Part shown: piece by piece, positions 1-11,158 of the stretch | How the letters are laid out: every line of letters starts with the position of its first letter | Position numbering within the stretch: the stretch's first letter is position 1 | Assembly (NCBI GenBank): GCA_028534125.1 | Contig: CM052818.1 | Span: forward strand, 9,364,001-9,428,000 | DNA: 64,000 bases | Origin: Lama glama | Lineage: Eukaryota | Direction of reading: 5' to 3' | Program-made: the position numbers and the translations under genes | Notes under the pieces: generated by a model | What the model was told of the DNA's origin: nothing | Databases searched by the model: none | The model's input: only the letters and a program-made list of their open reading frames with translations

Positions 1-115
1 ATCTGAAGACAGTCAGAAGCAATAACTTCATTTTTAAGAATTTATCCTAAGAAAATAAATGAAACTGTACACAGAAATGTACATATTACTGTGTTGCTCA
101 AGAGGAAAAACTTGG

Positions 116-246
116 GGGTGGGGAGGGTGTATCTCAGAGGTAGAGTGCACGCTAAGCATGCATGAGGTCCTGGGTTCAATTCCCAGTCCCTCCACTAAAC
201 AAACAAACAAACAAACCTAATTACCTCCCCACAACAAGAAAAAAAA
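116..246 (+). mobile_element. Vic-1-type tRNA-derived SINE with 16-bp TSD
   Basis: tRNA-like A/B boxes and A-rich tail. TSD AAGAGGAAAAACTTGG at 100-115 and 247-262. Confidence 0.9.
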
Positions 247-554
247 AAGAGGAAAAACTTGGCAGACGATTTAAATTTTCACCAGATAGATCCAGTTTAA
301 TGAAATTGTGAATCTATACAGTGAAATGCTATACTAAGGACAACAAAAGCATTAAATAACTATACATGTTAATAAAAAATACTTGTCTCATTTAAACATT
401 TTAGTCTTACTTTAATAAAAAAGATTTACATGCCTATTAAAGAATGAAAAGACATGTATTAAGATATTGATAGTGTCTATGACTGGGCATTGGATAATGG
501 TATTTAGTTTCTTCAGATTTTTCTGTAGCTTTTACAATGAGTAATATTACTTTT

Positions 555-656
555 ATTTATTTATTTATATATTTTTAATGGAGGTACTGAGGATTGAACC
601 CAGAATCTTGTGAATGCTAAGCATGCACTCTACCACTGAGATATACCCACCCCGCC
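555..656 (-). mobile_element. Vic-1-type SINE with 12-bp TSD
   Basis: TSD AATATTACTTTT at 543-554 and 657-668. Confidence 0.9.
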
Positions 657-699
657 AATATTACTTTTGTAAACAGAAGAAAGGTTACAATAATCATAA

Positions 700-1050
700 T
701 TGCAAAATATTACAAGTAGGGTTAAAAAAAACCAATTGCACAAATATAGGGGAAGATTTGGCAGCAGGACACGTGAAAAAGACCTAAATATTTTAATTAA
801 CTGTGGTTTAGAATTGCCAAATATTATGTGGCTACATCAACTGGAGTTATGTTGTCTACAACAAGAGATCATAATTTTATGCTACTCTGTGCTGCCAGAC
901 TCTATTTCTAGATACATATTTTATGAAAACATTGCTATTCTCTAGACAAGGCTTAATTTCTCAATCAGGATCATGTACAGACCTGAAATCATATTACATG
1001 TGAAAGAGGTCAAAGAGCTCTGGATGTCCTGGGCCAAAGAAAGGTCAGTC
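700..1050 (+). mobile_element. L3/CR1 LINE fragment
   Basis: ORF 700-945 retains CR1 ORF2-like motifs (REKDLNILIN ~ EKDLGVLVD; QEIIILCYSVL ~ REVILPLYSAL). Confidence 0.6.
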
Positions 1051-1129
1051 ACAATGGAAACCAGACTCCCTGCTTCCAAATGTAGGCAGGAGTATGTTGA
1101 AGAAATGGGACTATCACAGACAGGGTCAG

Positions 1130-1320
1130 ACAAGGACCACCTGCACCAGAGTTACTTGGAATTCTTGTGAAAATAGTTGACTTCTGGCCCCAACTCAGGT
1201 CTACAGAACTAGAATTTCTGGGAAATAGGCAAGGAATATGCTCCCCCAACCGCCAGCCCCCCAAGAGAAACAAGGCACTCTAAACTATTCTCATGAGAAC
1301 CAAATTTAAAGAATTACTGC
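1130..1320. mobile_element. MER5A-like hAT-Charlie MITE
   Basis: GACCACCTGCACCAGAGTTACTTGG...AGAATTTCTGGG...TTTAAAGAATTACTG pattern. Confidence 0.6.
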
Positions 1321-1399
1321 AAACAATTTGAGAGTAACTCACCAGACAGCAAAATTTCTGAGGCAATTTTTTCCTCTCTCTCAAATAATAGAAGATCAC

Positions 1400-1560
1400 A
1401 TTTAATTCCGTGCTTATTATGAGTCAAACACTGTTCTACACATTTCATCTGCATTAATTCATTTAATCCTTACAACCTTGCGGTAGGTACTATCATTAAT
1501 CCTCATTGCATAGTTAAACAGAGGCATGGAGAGATTAAGTAACATGATCAAGTATACGTA
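1400..1560 (-). mobile_element. MIR SINE
   Basis: TCATTTAATCCTTACAACC...GGTAGGTACTATCATTAATCCTCATT...AGAGGCATGGAGAGATTAAGTAAC core. Confidence 0.8.
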
Positions 1561-1989
1561 GTGGTGGTTATACAAAAAATTCTTTAGATGAAATGAACCC
1601 CCTCTGGTCTGTAACATCAGGACTGTAAACTAAGGATCAAACCCTGTGCATGTCTGGAATCTTTATGCCTCAATTAGGCAACAATGCAGAGATTTCAGAG
1701 CAGTGGTTTTCAGACTAGAGTACAGATACTGGGTTATATGAATGCTTTCCAAAGGGCCATAGCAGCTTTAAGGGCATCAGTTTCCAGATCTTCAACTTTT
1801 ATGTTCATTACAATGAGGCATTGCCCTAATGTAAAAACCTAAAGGCGGGTAGGGAACAAAAGGACAATTCAGATTGGTTTTGGGAAAGTCTCCTATATGA
1901 TTAGTTAAATCACCACATGCTTTTATAGGATCTTTTCTCTGTTACACATTTTTTTTATTAAAAATTCAAGCACTGGTCTGTAATCAGAT

Positions 1990-2810
1990 AATACATACTT
2001 CGGAGATACTGTGGGTTGGGTCCCAGGCCACTGCAATAAATAAGATATTATAACAAAACAAGTTATACAAATTTTTTGTTTCCCAGTGCATATAAAAGGT
2101 ATGTTTCCACTATACTGGAGTGCACAAAAGCATTATGCCTAAAAAAAAAAAAGTACATACCTTAATTCAAAAATAGCTAATTGCTAAAAAAATTGCTAAC
2201 CATCATCTGAGCCTTCAGTGAGTGGTAATCCTTCTGCTGCTGGAGAGTCTTGCCTCGATGTTGATGGCTGCTAACTGCTCTATCAGGTTGGTGGTTGCTG
2301 TGGTGGCACTGGCAATTTCTTACAATAAGACAATAGTGAAGTTTGCCTCATGGATTGACTCTTCATCTCATGAATGATTTCTCTGTAGCATGTAATGCTG
2401 TTTGATAGCCTTTTACCCCCAGTAGGACTTCTTTCAAAATTGGAGTCAATCCTCTCAAACCCTGCTGCCACTTTATTAACTAAGTTTATATAATCTTCTG
2501 ACCCCTTTGTTATTTCAACAATTAAGTCCGCCATCTTACAAGGGTGCAGTTTGTGGCACCACAAAGAAGTAATTTAACAGTAACATCCAAGATCACTGGT
2601 CACAGATCATCATTACAAATATAATAATGAAAAAGTCTGGAATATTGTGAGAATTACCAAAATGTGACACAGAGATATGAAGTGAGCAAGTGGCATTGGA
2701 AAAATGGTGCCAGTAGACTTGCTTGATGCAGTGTTGCCATAAACCTTCAATTTATTAAAAAAAAAAAAAGGGCAGTATCTGCGAAGCGCAATAAAAATAA
2801 GGTACGCCTG
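1990..2810 (-). mobile_element. Internally deleted Tigger1 (TcMar) DNA transposon
   Basis: Both termini present (CATACTTCGGAGATACTG... and ...GCGCAATAAAAATAAGGTACGCCTG). ORF 2283-2564 encodes the Tigger1/TIGD1 transposase C-terminus (AAGFERIDSNFERS, SQSMRQTSLLSY). Confidence 0.9.
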
Positions 2811-3441
2811 TGTGTAGACTGGGCTGGTCAGTGACTTGTATCTTTCATTCCCAACAACTGTCAAAGAATGAATAGCTCTTGAGTGACCCTTGTACGCAAA
2901 GAAAGCATCAAATACAAATGAATGGCTCCTCCCCCATGCTTAAAGGTATGCAATTTTTTTCTAGCTACTCAATTACTTATTTCTAAGATATACTGTTGGC
3001 TGGAAGGAAAATCACATTTGAAAAGCAGAAGCAGTATATTTGCTGATGGTCTTTCAATTTGGGGGGATTATTGGATACAATAAATAAAAATCAAGGTTAA
3101 ATATTTGATAGAATTCCTTTTAGGTAAGGTGTAAATAAGTCAAGAAGGTATTTACAACTTATTTGTCAATCATATAACATCTTTATTCAAATTATAGTCA
3201 ATTCTTATCTTATTTCATCTTATTAAATGCTTTATTTCCTACTTCCATTAACAAAATAAATTATCTGCTAGTTACCAGGCCAGTTAGATTTTAGCAATAT
3301 ATACTTTTCTGTTTCACTAAATAGGTAGGAAGAGTTTGATCAGGATCTCTGGCAAAATTACTGTATTTGTTTCTGATTTTTATATATATTCTTAACAATC
3401 TGCAAAGCCTGATACCAATATTTGAAACATGCAAACATATC

Positions 3442-3543
3442 CAGTAGTCCCCCCTTGTCCACACTTGCTTTCTGCAGTTTCAGTTGCCTGAAGTCAACTG
3501 TGGTCAAAAAATATTAAGTGGAAAATTCCAGATATAAACAAAT
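3442..3543 (+). mobile_element. MER44/Tigger7 terminal fragment
   Basis: CAGTAGTCCCCCCTTGTCC...GTCAACTGTGGTC...AATATTAAGTGGAAAATTCCAGA. Confidence 0.75.
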
Positions 3544-4004
3544 GATTTTGCCTTTTATTTCAGGAAAAAACCCAGGTCATCTGATGGGAACCCCCTCAAC
3601 TCTTGATCATCAAATGTACACATGTGGGTACCCATCCCTTCCTTCTTCCTTATTATCAAAGGTCAATCTTTCCATCTGTGCAATGGATTCCATCTCCTCT
3701 CACTTTCTTTAGAAGACATAGCAACCACTCTGACTTTTCTGTCCTGGTATCATCACCCACTGTCTCTGGGACAAGTTGGCTCTCTGAGCCTTTTTATTCT
3801 CTTAGGAAACAGATCAATAGAACATTCCACACAAGGTGGTTGAGAATTAAAGGACTGCTGAAATTAGTATCTGTTACATAGCATGCACAATAAAAGTTAC
3901 CTACTATTATTTTTGTTTCTGTTAGCATTTATACATAATAGTCTTCTTCCTCATCTAGTTACCCTACCTTCTCTTTAGAGCTCAAAGTCTTAAAATAGTT
4001 TTCT

Positions 4005-4535
4005 TTTGGGGGGGTGGCAGAGAAGGTAATTAGGTTTATTTATTTATTTGCACCCTAGTGTATTTTATCTTTCCCATTTTTTAAATTATTCAAGTATAGT
4101 TGATTTACAATTAGTTTCTGATGTATAGCATAGTGATTCAGTTATATATTCTTTTTCATTACAGGTTACCACAGCCATTGAATATAGTTGCCTATGCTAT
4201 ATAGGATGACCTTGTTTATCTATTCTGTACTTAGTAGTTTGTATCTGCCAACCCCAAACTCCCAATTTATCCCTCCCTCCCTCCCCGCTTCCCCCTTTAG
4301 TAACTATAAGCTTATTTTCTATCTGAGTCTCTGTTTTGTAAATAAGTTTGTTTGTGTCATTTTTAAAGATCCCACATATAAATGATACATGATATTTGTC
4401 TTTCTCTGACTTAGTATGATAATCTCTAGGTCCATCCGTGTTGCTGCCAGTGACATTTTTTAAATGGAGGTACCGGGGATTGAACCCTCATACATGCTAA
4501 GCACACATTCTACCACTGAGCTATACCCCCGCCCT
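4005..4535 (-). mobile_element. Vic-1 SINE split by an L1 3'-end fragment (L1 ~4077-4455)
   Basis: SINE tail (AGGTAATTAGGTTTATTTATTT, 4024-4049) and SINE head (4456-4530) flank an L1 3'UTR in the same orientation. Confidence 0.82.
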
Positions 4536-4999
4536 CCAGGCTCTCTTTGGTCTTTTTATCTTCCCGTATTCCCTTCCCTCTCCCTGTAGGATCTCATGGT
4601 TTCATCTACCACTTGCAGCAGATACTGTAAACTCACTTAATAACCACTGCCAGCTAGCTTTTCCTTCTACCATAGAGGCTTAAAAGCAAAACGCTGGGTT
4701 TCCCAGCTTTCTTTGAGGCTTAAAGGAGGCCAAGTGACAGACTTTTGGGTAATGAGACCAAATGTAAAGTCAGCTGTAGGGATTTCTGATAAGTTTTTGC
4801 TATCCTGATAAGAGGACACTTGAAGGAACTGGTTCTTTCCTTCTTCATGCCTGGAACTTGTAATGCTAAACATTTAGCATTATCTTTTCCCCGTCAGGCA
4901 GAGGAGGCATAGTAAGGATTATTTTCATATTAACATTTCTCGTCCAGAACTTTATTCTCAGCTTTGGCTTTTTAAAAATTTTTTTTCCAGCTTTAGTTT

Positions 5000-5590
5000 T
5001 TTAAACAACTGCCTAATCAACAACTCCTTTTGGTTAACTCTCAGGTACCTGAAGCTGAGTACTTCTGAAAGTACCTGTCACTACTGACCACATTTCCCTC
5101 TGGTCCTCCTTTAAGAGATCTCTGTATCTTGGTGAATGGCATGGCACCACCATTACTCAGTTGTGCAAATCACAAATCTAGAGATACCATCTTTTCTCCC
5201 TATACCTATCAACCAAGTCTCGTTTTTTTTAACACCTCTAAAATATTCTTAGACTGGATTCTCTCCTCCATTTCTTTACTATTCCCCTAGTCCAAGCTAT
5301 CATCATCTTTCTGGATTAATAACCCTCAGCTGTCTCTACCTCCAATCTATTCTCTACAGATTAGTCAGAGTATTTAAAATACAAATCTGATTGTGTTGCT
5401 TCCACACTTAAAAACTTTCCATTGCTTTTGGGATCTAGGCTAAAATCTTAGTAAGATTTGCAGTGCTCTGCTGTCTGGCACAGGCCCTCACCCCCAACTA
5501 TATTCTAGTTATACTGACTTTATTTCTGCTCTTAGAAGCAGCCAAGGAATCTAACATTTTAGAGGTTTTGCATAAGCTGTTCCCTAGATC
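5000..5590. mobile_element. L2 LINE fragment
   Basis: TCCAATCTATTCTCTACAG...AAATACAAATCTGATTGTGTTGCTTCC...CTTAAAAACTTTCCATTGC pattern typical of the L2 3' region. Confidence 0.65.
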
Positions 5591-5599
5591 TGCATGCAA

Positions 5600-6207
5600 T
5601 TTATATTAATTTTTTATTTCTGCTGTAACATATATTACCAAACATTTTGTGGTAACAAACATTTTAGTTCTGTAAGTTAGTAGTCCAATGTGGGTCTTAC
5701 TGGGCTAAATCAAAGTGTCAGCAAGACTGTTCCTTTCTGGAGGCGAAAGGGGAGAATCTGTTTCCTTGTCCTTTTTAGCTTCTGGAGGCCCCATCTTTCT
5801 TGGCTCATTGCCCCTTCCTCCATCTTTTTTTTGGGGGGGGGTAATTAGGTTTATTTATTTTTTTAATGGAGGTACTGGGGATTGAACCCAGGACCTCATG
5901 CTTGCTAATAAGCATGTGCTCTACCACTGAGCTATACCCTCCCCCCACCGTCCTCCATCTTCAAAGCCAGGAATGTTGCATCTCTCTGGCCCTTCTTATG
6001 TAGTCATAGTTCCCTCTGAATAAAGTGAGAAAGAGTCTCTAATTTTAAACCCCATGTAATTAATTGAGCCTATATGAGTAGTTTAAAATAGGCTTCCCAT
6101 CTTAAGATCCTTATCTGCAAAGTCCCTTTTGCTATGAAAGGTACCACGTTCTGGGGATTAGGACATAGACATCGTTGGGGGTGGGGAACGTTATTCTGCC
6201 TATCACA
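5600..6207. mobile_element. MLT1C/D-like MaLR solo LTR, interrupted by a SINE
   Basis: GCTGTAAC...GGGCTAAATCAAAGTGTCAGCA...GGGGAGAATCTGTTTCCTTG...GGGATTAGGAC...ATTCTGCCTATCACA. Confidence 0.8.
5827..5950 (-). mobile_element. Vic-1-type SINE nested in the MLT1 LTR
   Basis: TSD TCCTCCATCTT at 5816-5826 and 5951-5961. Confidence 0.9.
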
Positions 6208-7956
6208 GAATTTTTAATGACTGCATTTGGCTACAAAAACCCCACTAGTGGCTTTAGGGTTTTATTTCTGTTAGATAACCAAATGTCTTACATAATAACG
6301 AGCAAGCAGTTGCCAGCACTGACTCAGCTTTTAAACAATGCCACCAAATACCCAGACCTTTTCTTTCTACTGTCATCTTCAATGCTTTGGCTTTTGCTTC
6401 TTGCCCATAGGCTTGTTTCAGGATTGCTGCAGCTTCTCCAGGTATCGTAACTGTATTCAAGGCAGACAGAAGAGTGAAGTGTGGGTGTAGAAGATACTGT
6501 CAGTGCTCTGCCTATATTCCCTAGTTCTTACCATTTCATGCTCAGTGGCCAAACTTCCAACTACTAGCACCTGCATTTCTATGAGGGTTTTCTTTGGCTA
6601 CCTGAGCAAAGAGAAGCCTGTTTTGCTGCCTACAAGCCCTCCCTCCTAACAACACTCAATGACTAAAGAGAGATATAAATACAAAGCTTGTCTGTCAGGT
6701 AGGATGGTTTTAAGGCACATGTTTTATACTGGTTTGTAGTCTCCCAGTGGAATGAAGCTCCAGTTACCATCAGGAGTAAAGAGCTTGATTAATCCTTTAC
6801 TGATTAAACCCTACCTCCCTCCCATTTCCTGTCTCACTTTTCCACTATCCTACAGGTGTTTCTTAATTTGACACCAAAATAAACTATCTCTATTTGTGTC
6901 CTTTGTCTCAGGGCCTGCTTTGGGGGGAATCCAGCCCAAGATAGGCCATCATCACCTTTCTTCTTCTTCTTGTCTTTAAAGCAGACAGTAGGTGCTGTAG
7001 TGTAAAGTTGGTGCTCCAGTGGCTATCTTATAACTAGGGTGTGACAAGCCAATATGCGGAGGGTGGAAAGAATCAAAGAATTTGGGCCCATATCCTTGAG
7101 CCACTGTACCAGCCTTGGTCTACTGTCTGTTACAAGAGAAAAATAAGCCATATTTGTTTAAGTCATTCTTATTGAAAATATTTTTGACTTGCAGTCCAGT
7201 GCATCCTTAATACAAATAAATTAATCATAGGAAGAGCTATAGTGGAAATAAATAAGAGTGCTGTGATAAAATACTAGAGGGGAGGGGAGTTATTTTTTGA
7301 GATGTTTAAGTTGAAACCTTGAGGATGAGAGTTAAGCTATTTCAAAATTAGAGAGCATGTCCGAGGAGGAAACAACATTCATCAAGACCCAGGGCAGGAA
7401 GTTGTTAGAAAGCATACCAGTGTGGTTGGAATGTAGTAACAGTGACATTAAAAACTGGAGAGGCTGGGGAAGGCCCAAGTAGAGTTTATTCTAAACCTAA
7501 CAGGAAACACTGAAAGGATTTAAGCCAGGAAGTGATACAGTCCAATTTATCATAGCAATTTGAGAACCAAACAGCAATTTGCTGAGTTTATGTACAAAGC
7601 ACTGAACTAGGTGCTGTGGAGAGAATAAAACAGCATACCTGCCTTCTAATAATGGCCCTAAGTTTCACAAGTCGATGAATGTGGGTGTGAGGGAGAAGAG
7701 TAAATTCTGCAGTAACTCTGGCTTTTCATAGTAACACCAGGCTTTAACCCCAAACTCCAGAGACAAAAATCTATATTCAATAAATGCAATCAGAATGCTA
7801 AGAGGGGCAAATAATTCCCATGGCAATATTGACTTTCCAAAGTTGTCTATGTGGGCTGTTTTTCAGGCAAGTACCTAGGAATATACTACAAATACTACAA
7901 AATCGAGAATTAGAGATTTCAAAGTAGATTGTCTAATTTTACTTAAAGCATAATTC

Positions 7957-7975
7957 TACCACTAGATGGTGACAT
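7957..7975 (+). promoter_or_regulatory. Candidate CTCF-binding motif
   Basis: TACCACTAGATGGTGACAT resembles the CTCF core CCACYAGRKGGC. Motif match only. Confidence 0.4.
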
Positions 7976-8244
7976 GTATACAAAATATTGACAGTCATCT
8001 TTAACAATCTCCTAGCTATAGATGATTGCTGATTACTGGTTTGAAAATTGAGATTTTTAAGAGAAATTTAGGGGATATTTAACCAGAGATTATTCTTTTG
8101 GAATACACACCTTTCAAGTATATTAGAAGATCTCTATTGACACACACACCAAGTCAGAGTGAAGATTCTAGATTTAGAGGTAGGCAACCTTGTTTTTGTT
8201 GGCTTCTATACTGTTATCTGTTAACAAGCAGTTGAAAAAGATAA

Positions 8245-8545
8245 AGCGTTGGTAAATTGCAACCCATAGGCCAAACCTGGCCAGTTTTACATTTCTGTAT
8301 GGCCTGTGGGCTAAAAATGGCTTTTACATTTATATATGGTTGAAAAATTCAAAATATGAATACCAAATTTCAGTGTCCATTAAACAACAAATTATATTGG
8401 AACAAGGCCACACTTACTCCATCATGTACCATCTATTGCTGTTTTTGTGCTAACGGAGTTCAGTCCTAGTGATGAGAGACTTGAACTGCTTATAACACCT
8501 AAAATATTTACCGTTTGGCTCTTCACAGAAAGTTTTTTGAGCCCT
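8245..8545. mobile_element. MER58B-like hAT-Charlie element
   Basis: GGCCAAACCTGGCC...GCTAAAAATGGCTTTTACATTT...ATTGGAACAAGGCCAC...CCTAAAATATTTACCGTTTGGCTCTTCACAGAAA. Confidence 0.75.
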
Positions 8546-8954
8546 AAAGTGATGACTGAATGCCATGGTCATTTATGACAGTAATTCTCTAGGTTCTTAA
8601 AGCATTTCAAACTAAGCATCATTTCCACAGAATTTTTTAAAGTAGGAGGCAAGTGATTGTTAAGAAAATAATTCTTTAAAGATCAGAGTGTGTCTTCTAT
8701 ACATTCTAGTACTCCACATTTATGTAGTAGTTCTCACTTTCAAGAACTGTTATGGGTTCTCTCTGGTCTTAAAATTATTTATTAAAAGAGTATCTGCTAT
8801 CAGTTAGGAATGTGTTTGGTGACAAGTACTTGAAATCTAAGAGTAGCTTAAGGAACAAAGGCTTTATTTTTCTTGCAGCTCAAGGATGCATCAAGGTTCT
8901 ACATCTTATTATCAACTTTATGGTTGGCTTTTACCCTGTTTGTGGTTTTACTGT

Positions 8955-9050
8955 TGTTTTGTTTTTTTTTAACGGAGGTGCTGGGGGTTGAACCCAGGAC
9001 CTCGTACATGCTAAGCACGCTCTCTTCCACTGAGCTATATACCTTCCCCT
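8955..9050 (-). mobile_element. Vic-1-type SINE
   Basis: GGGGTTGAACCCAGGACCTCGTACATGCTAAGCAC...CCACTGAGCTATA. Sits within a degraded MLT1-like LTR (~8790-9260). Confidence 0.88.
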
Positions 9051-10749
9051 CCTCATTGATTGGAAAAAAAAAAATATCACAAACTGGATGCTATGTTGCG
9101 TTGAGTATCAAGACCATGCTTGACAGAAAGAAAAAAGTTAAGGGGCATGTCTAGTGAATGTCTTTTTACTAGGAACGGGAAATTCTTTCCCAAAGACCCA
9201 CTCTGCAGATTTCTGCTTACATTTCATTGGCAAGAACTCAACAATATGGCCAACCCTAAGGAAACCATACAATGATGTTTTAAACCAAACACAAATATTC
9301 CTTTAGGCATTCCTTTCGGAGACTGAGCTTCCTAATCGTAGCTGCCACCTGAAAAACAAACAAACTTGGGTTTGGCAACTTTCCCTGCAGGAAGAGAAGA
9401 GGGGTGGGTGGGAATGGATGCTGATGGACAATGCTGTTAACAGATCTGCAGAAACCCAAGTTCTGCGGGAAATATGGTAAGACGATGGCACAATAGCTAC
9501 AGCTCCCAAGGATCACCTGCTCAGATGGAACAACTTAAAACAGGTTTAGCAGAAACTTCATAGCATCAACTTCAACCGGCAGAGAACCAAAGAATACCGG
9601 GAAGGTGGTCCTGGCGTGGCGAGCTGGTGAGACTTAACCTTGAAAAACTTGTAAAAGAATTACTATAAGGCTTCATAGCTGCTCTGGCTACAGTTCTAAA
9701 AATATTATGTACACTACTTTTGGACTTCTCGGTCACATCTCTCTATAAACGTATTGGGTATAGAAATCAGTGAGGAAGGTATCAGTGCAGGTGTGAGGAA
9801 AATTTTCCCGAAGCTAACTAGTTGTTAGCGAGGCACCAAATTTCAGAGCGAGCGTCCCCTTTCCTCCACCTGTTCTTCATTTTCCGTTCACCGTCTTAAT
9901 TTTGCTCTTCGCGGAGAAGCATAATAAGCTGTTTCAGGTGAAGATTAGTAGCTGGGCAATTCGTAGGGGGCCCTCTTGCGTAAAAAGGAAGCGATGCCAA
10001 GCAAACACCCTTCATGCCGCCATTTCTGGTCGGATCAAGGTGTCTCACAGCTCGAGGACAGATGAGCCGTATTGAGTAGGGGCTCGTGAGAAATGCGCCT
10101 GCAGGTTAAGCCGGCCCGGGGCTCTTCCATTCTGATAAAACCCCGCGCGGGTAGAGAGGGCCGTGTGCTCCAACCTGCGCTGCGGCGTCGCCCCGGCCGG
10201 CTTCCCCCAGCCTTAGCCTCCCCAGCTCCAAAACGCCGAGCACGGAGAGGGGGGGAAACAAATCAGCACCAAGTCCCCCTCGGGGACCCGGAGGAAAAAT
10301 GGCGAAGCACAGGGGAGGGGACAGGGCGGCGCGAGTGACCCAGCGCTCGCTGGGCCTCGGAGCCCACGGAGTGGCCGTGGTGGGCGACGCCGCGCAACCG
10401 CGACCCGTTCGGTGCTCCGCCATCTTCTCCTACTCACCCGGACTCCCCCCGCGGCCGCGCTGGCTTCGCGTTTCCCTTCCGGCCGCTGACAGAGATCCGG
10501 GCTGGGCGGGGTGGGCGAGCGCGCGGAGGGGGTGGACCGAGGGCGGGGAGGCCGGACGGAAGAGGAAAGGGAGGGCGGCGAGCCAGCCGCGGCGGGGTGT
10601 GGGGCGTGCGGCGTGTGTGCAGAGCGAAAGGTGGGAGGGCGGGAGGCGAAGAGAGGGCGGGAGGCGGAGGAATGAGAGCGCTAGTCGCTTCTCGTCGGCT
10701 CCTTCGCCCGGACGGAAAGAGCCGAGCGCAGCCCGAACGCTCTATTAAA

Positions 10750-10791
10750 ATGGCGGCGGCGTCGGCGGCGGCCGCGGCGTCTGGTCGGTGA
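10750..10791 (+). other. Candidate uORF (MAAASAAAAASGR*) overlapping a YY1 motif
   Basis: AAAATGGCGGCG: ATG with A at -3 and G at +4. 13 codons then TGA, ending 324 nt before the main ATG. It is a uORF only if transcription starts upstream of 10750. Confidence 0.5.
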
Positions 10792-11115
10792 AGTGACTCT
10801 GCTGCTTCTCTCCCCACCCGCCCCTCCCCCTTCTCCCCTCCCCCCGTCCTTCCCCCCCTTCCCCGCCGCCGGCGCCTCCGCGCCCCTCCGGCCTGCGCAC
10901 CTCCCCTCGCCCCCCTTCTCTCCCCCGCCCGCTCCGGGGACCGCCGGCCCCCTCCCCCATTCTCTTGCTCCCCGCCCCGTCCCCGGCGCCGCCCGCCCTC
11001 GTCGCCTCCCCGCCCGGCCGGCCGGCCCCCTCCTCCGCCTCTCTCCCCTCCCCCCCGCCGGTCGGGATCAGTCAGTGCGATCCGAAGCGGGGGAGGGGGG
11101 GGCGGCGGCCGAACG

Positions 11116-11158
11116 ATGTGCGAGAACTGCGCAGACCTGGTGGAGGTGTTAAATGAAA
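11116..11158 (+). CDS. USP34: USP34 coding exon 1 (MCENCADLVEVLNE + 1 nt)
   Basis: ATG at 11116 in the CpG island (A at -3). Translation matches the recalled USP34 N-terminus. Followed by donor A|GTAAGT at 11159. 43 nt, phase 1. Confidence 0.96.

Noticed and set aside
116..200. tRNA-Ala-like sequences (here and in ~13 other copies)
   Set aside because: They have A-rich tails, TSDs and degenerate stems, so they are SINEs rather than tRNA genes.
2283..2564. TIGD1-like protein ORF
   Set aside because: C-terminal remnant of an internally deleted Tigger1. It lacks the DNA-binding and DDE domains, so it is not a domesticated gene.
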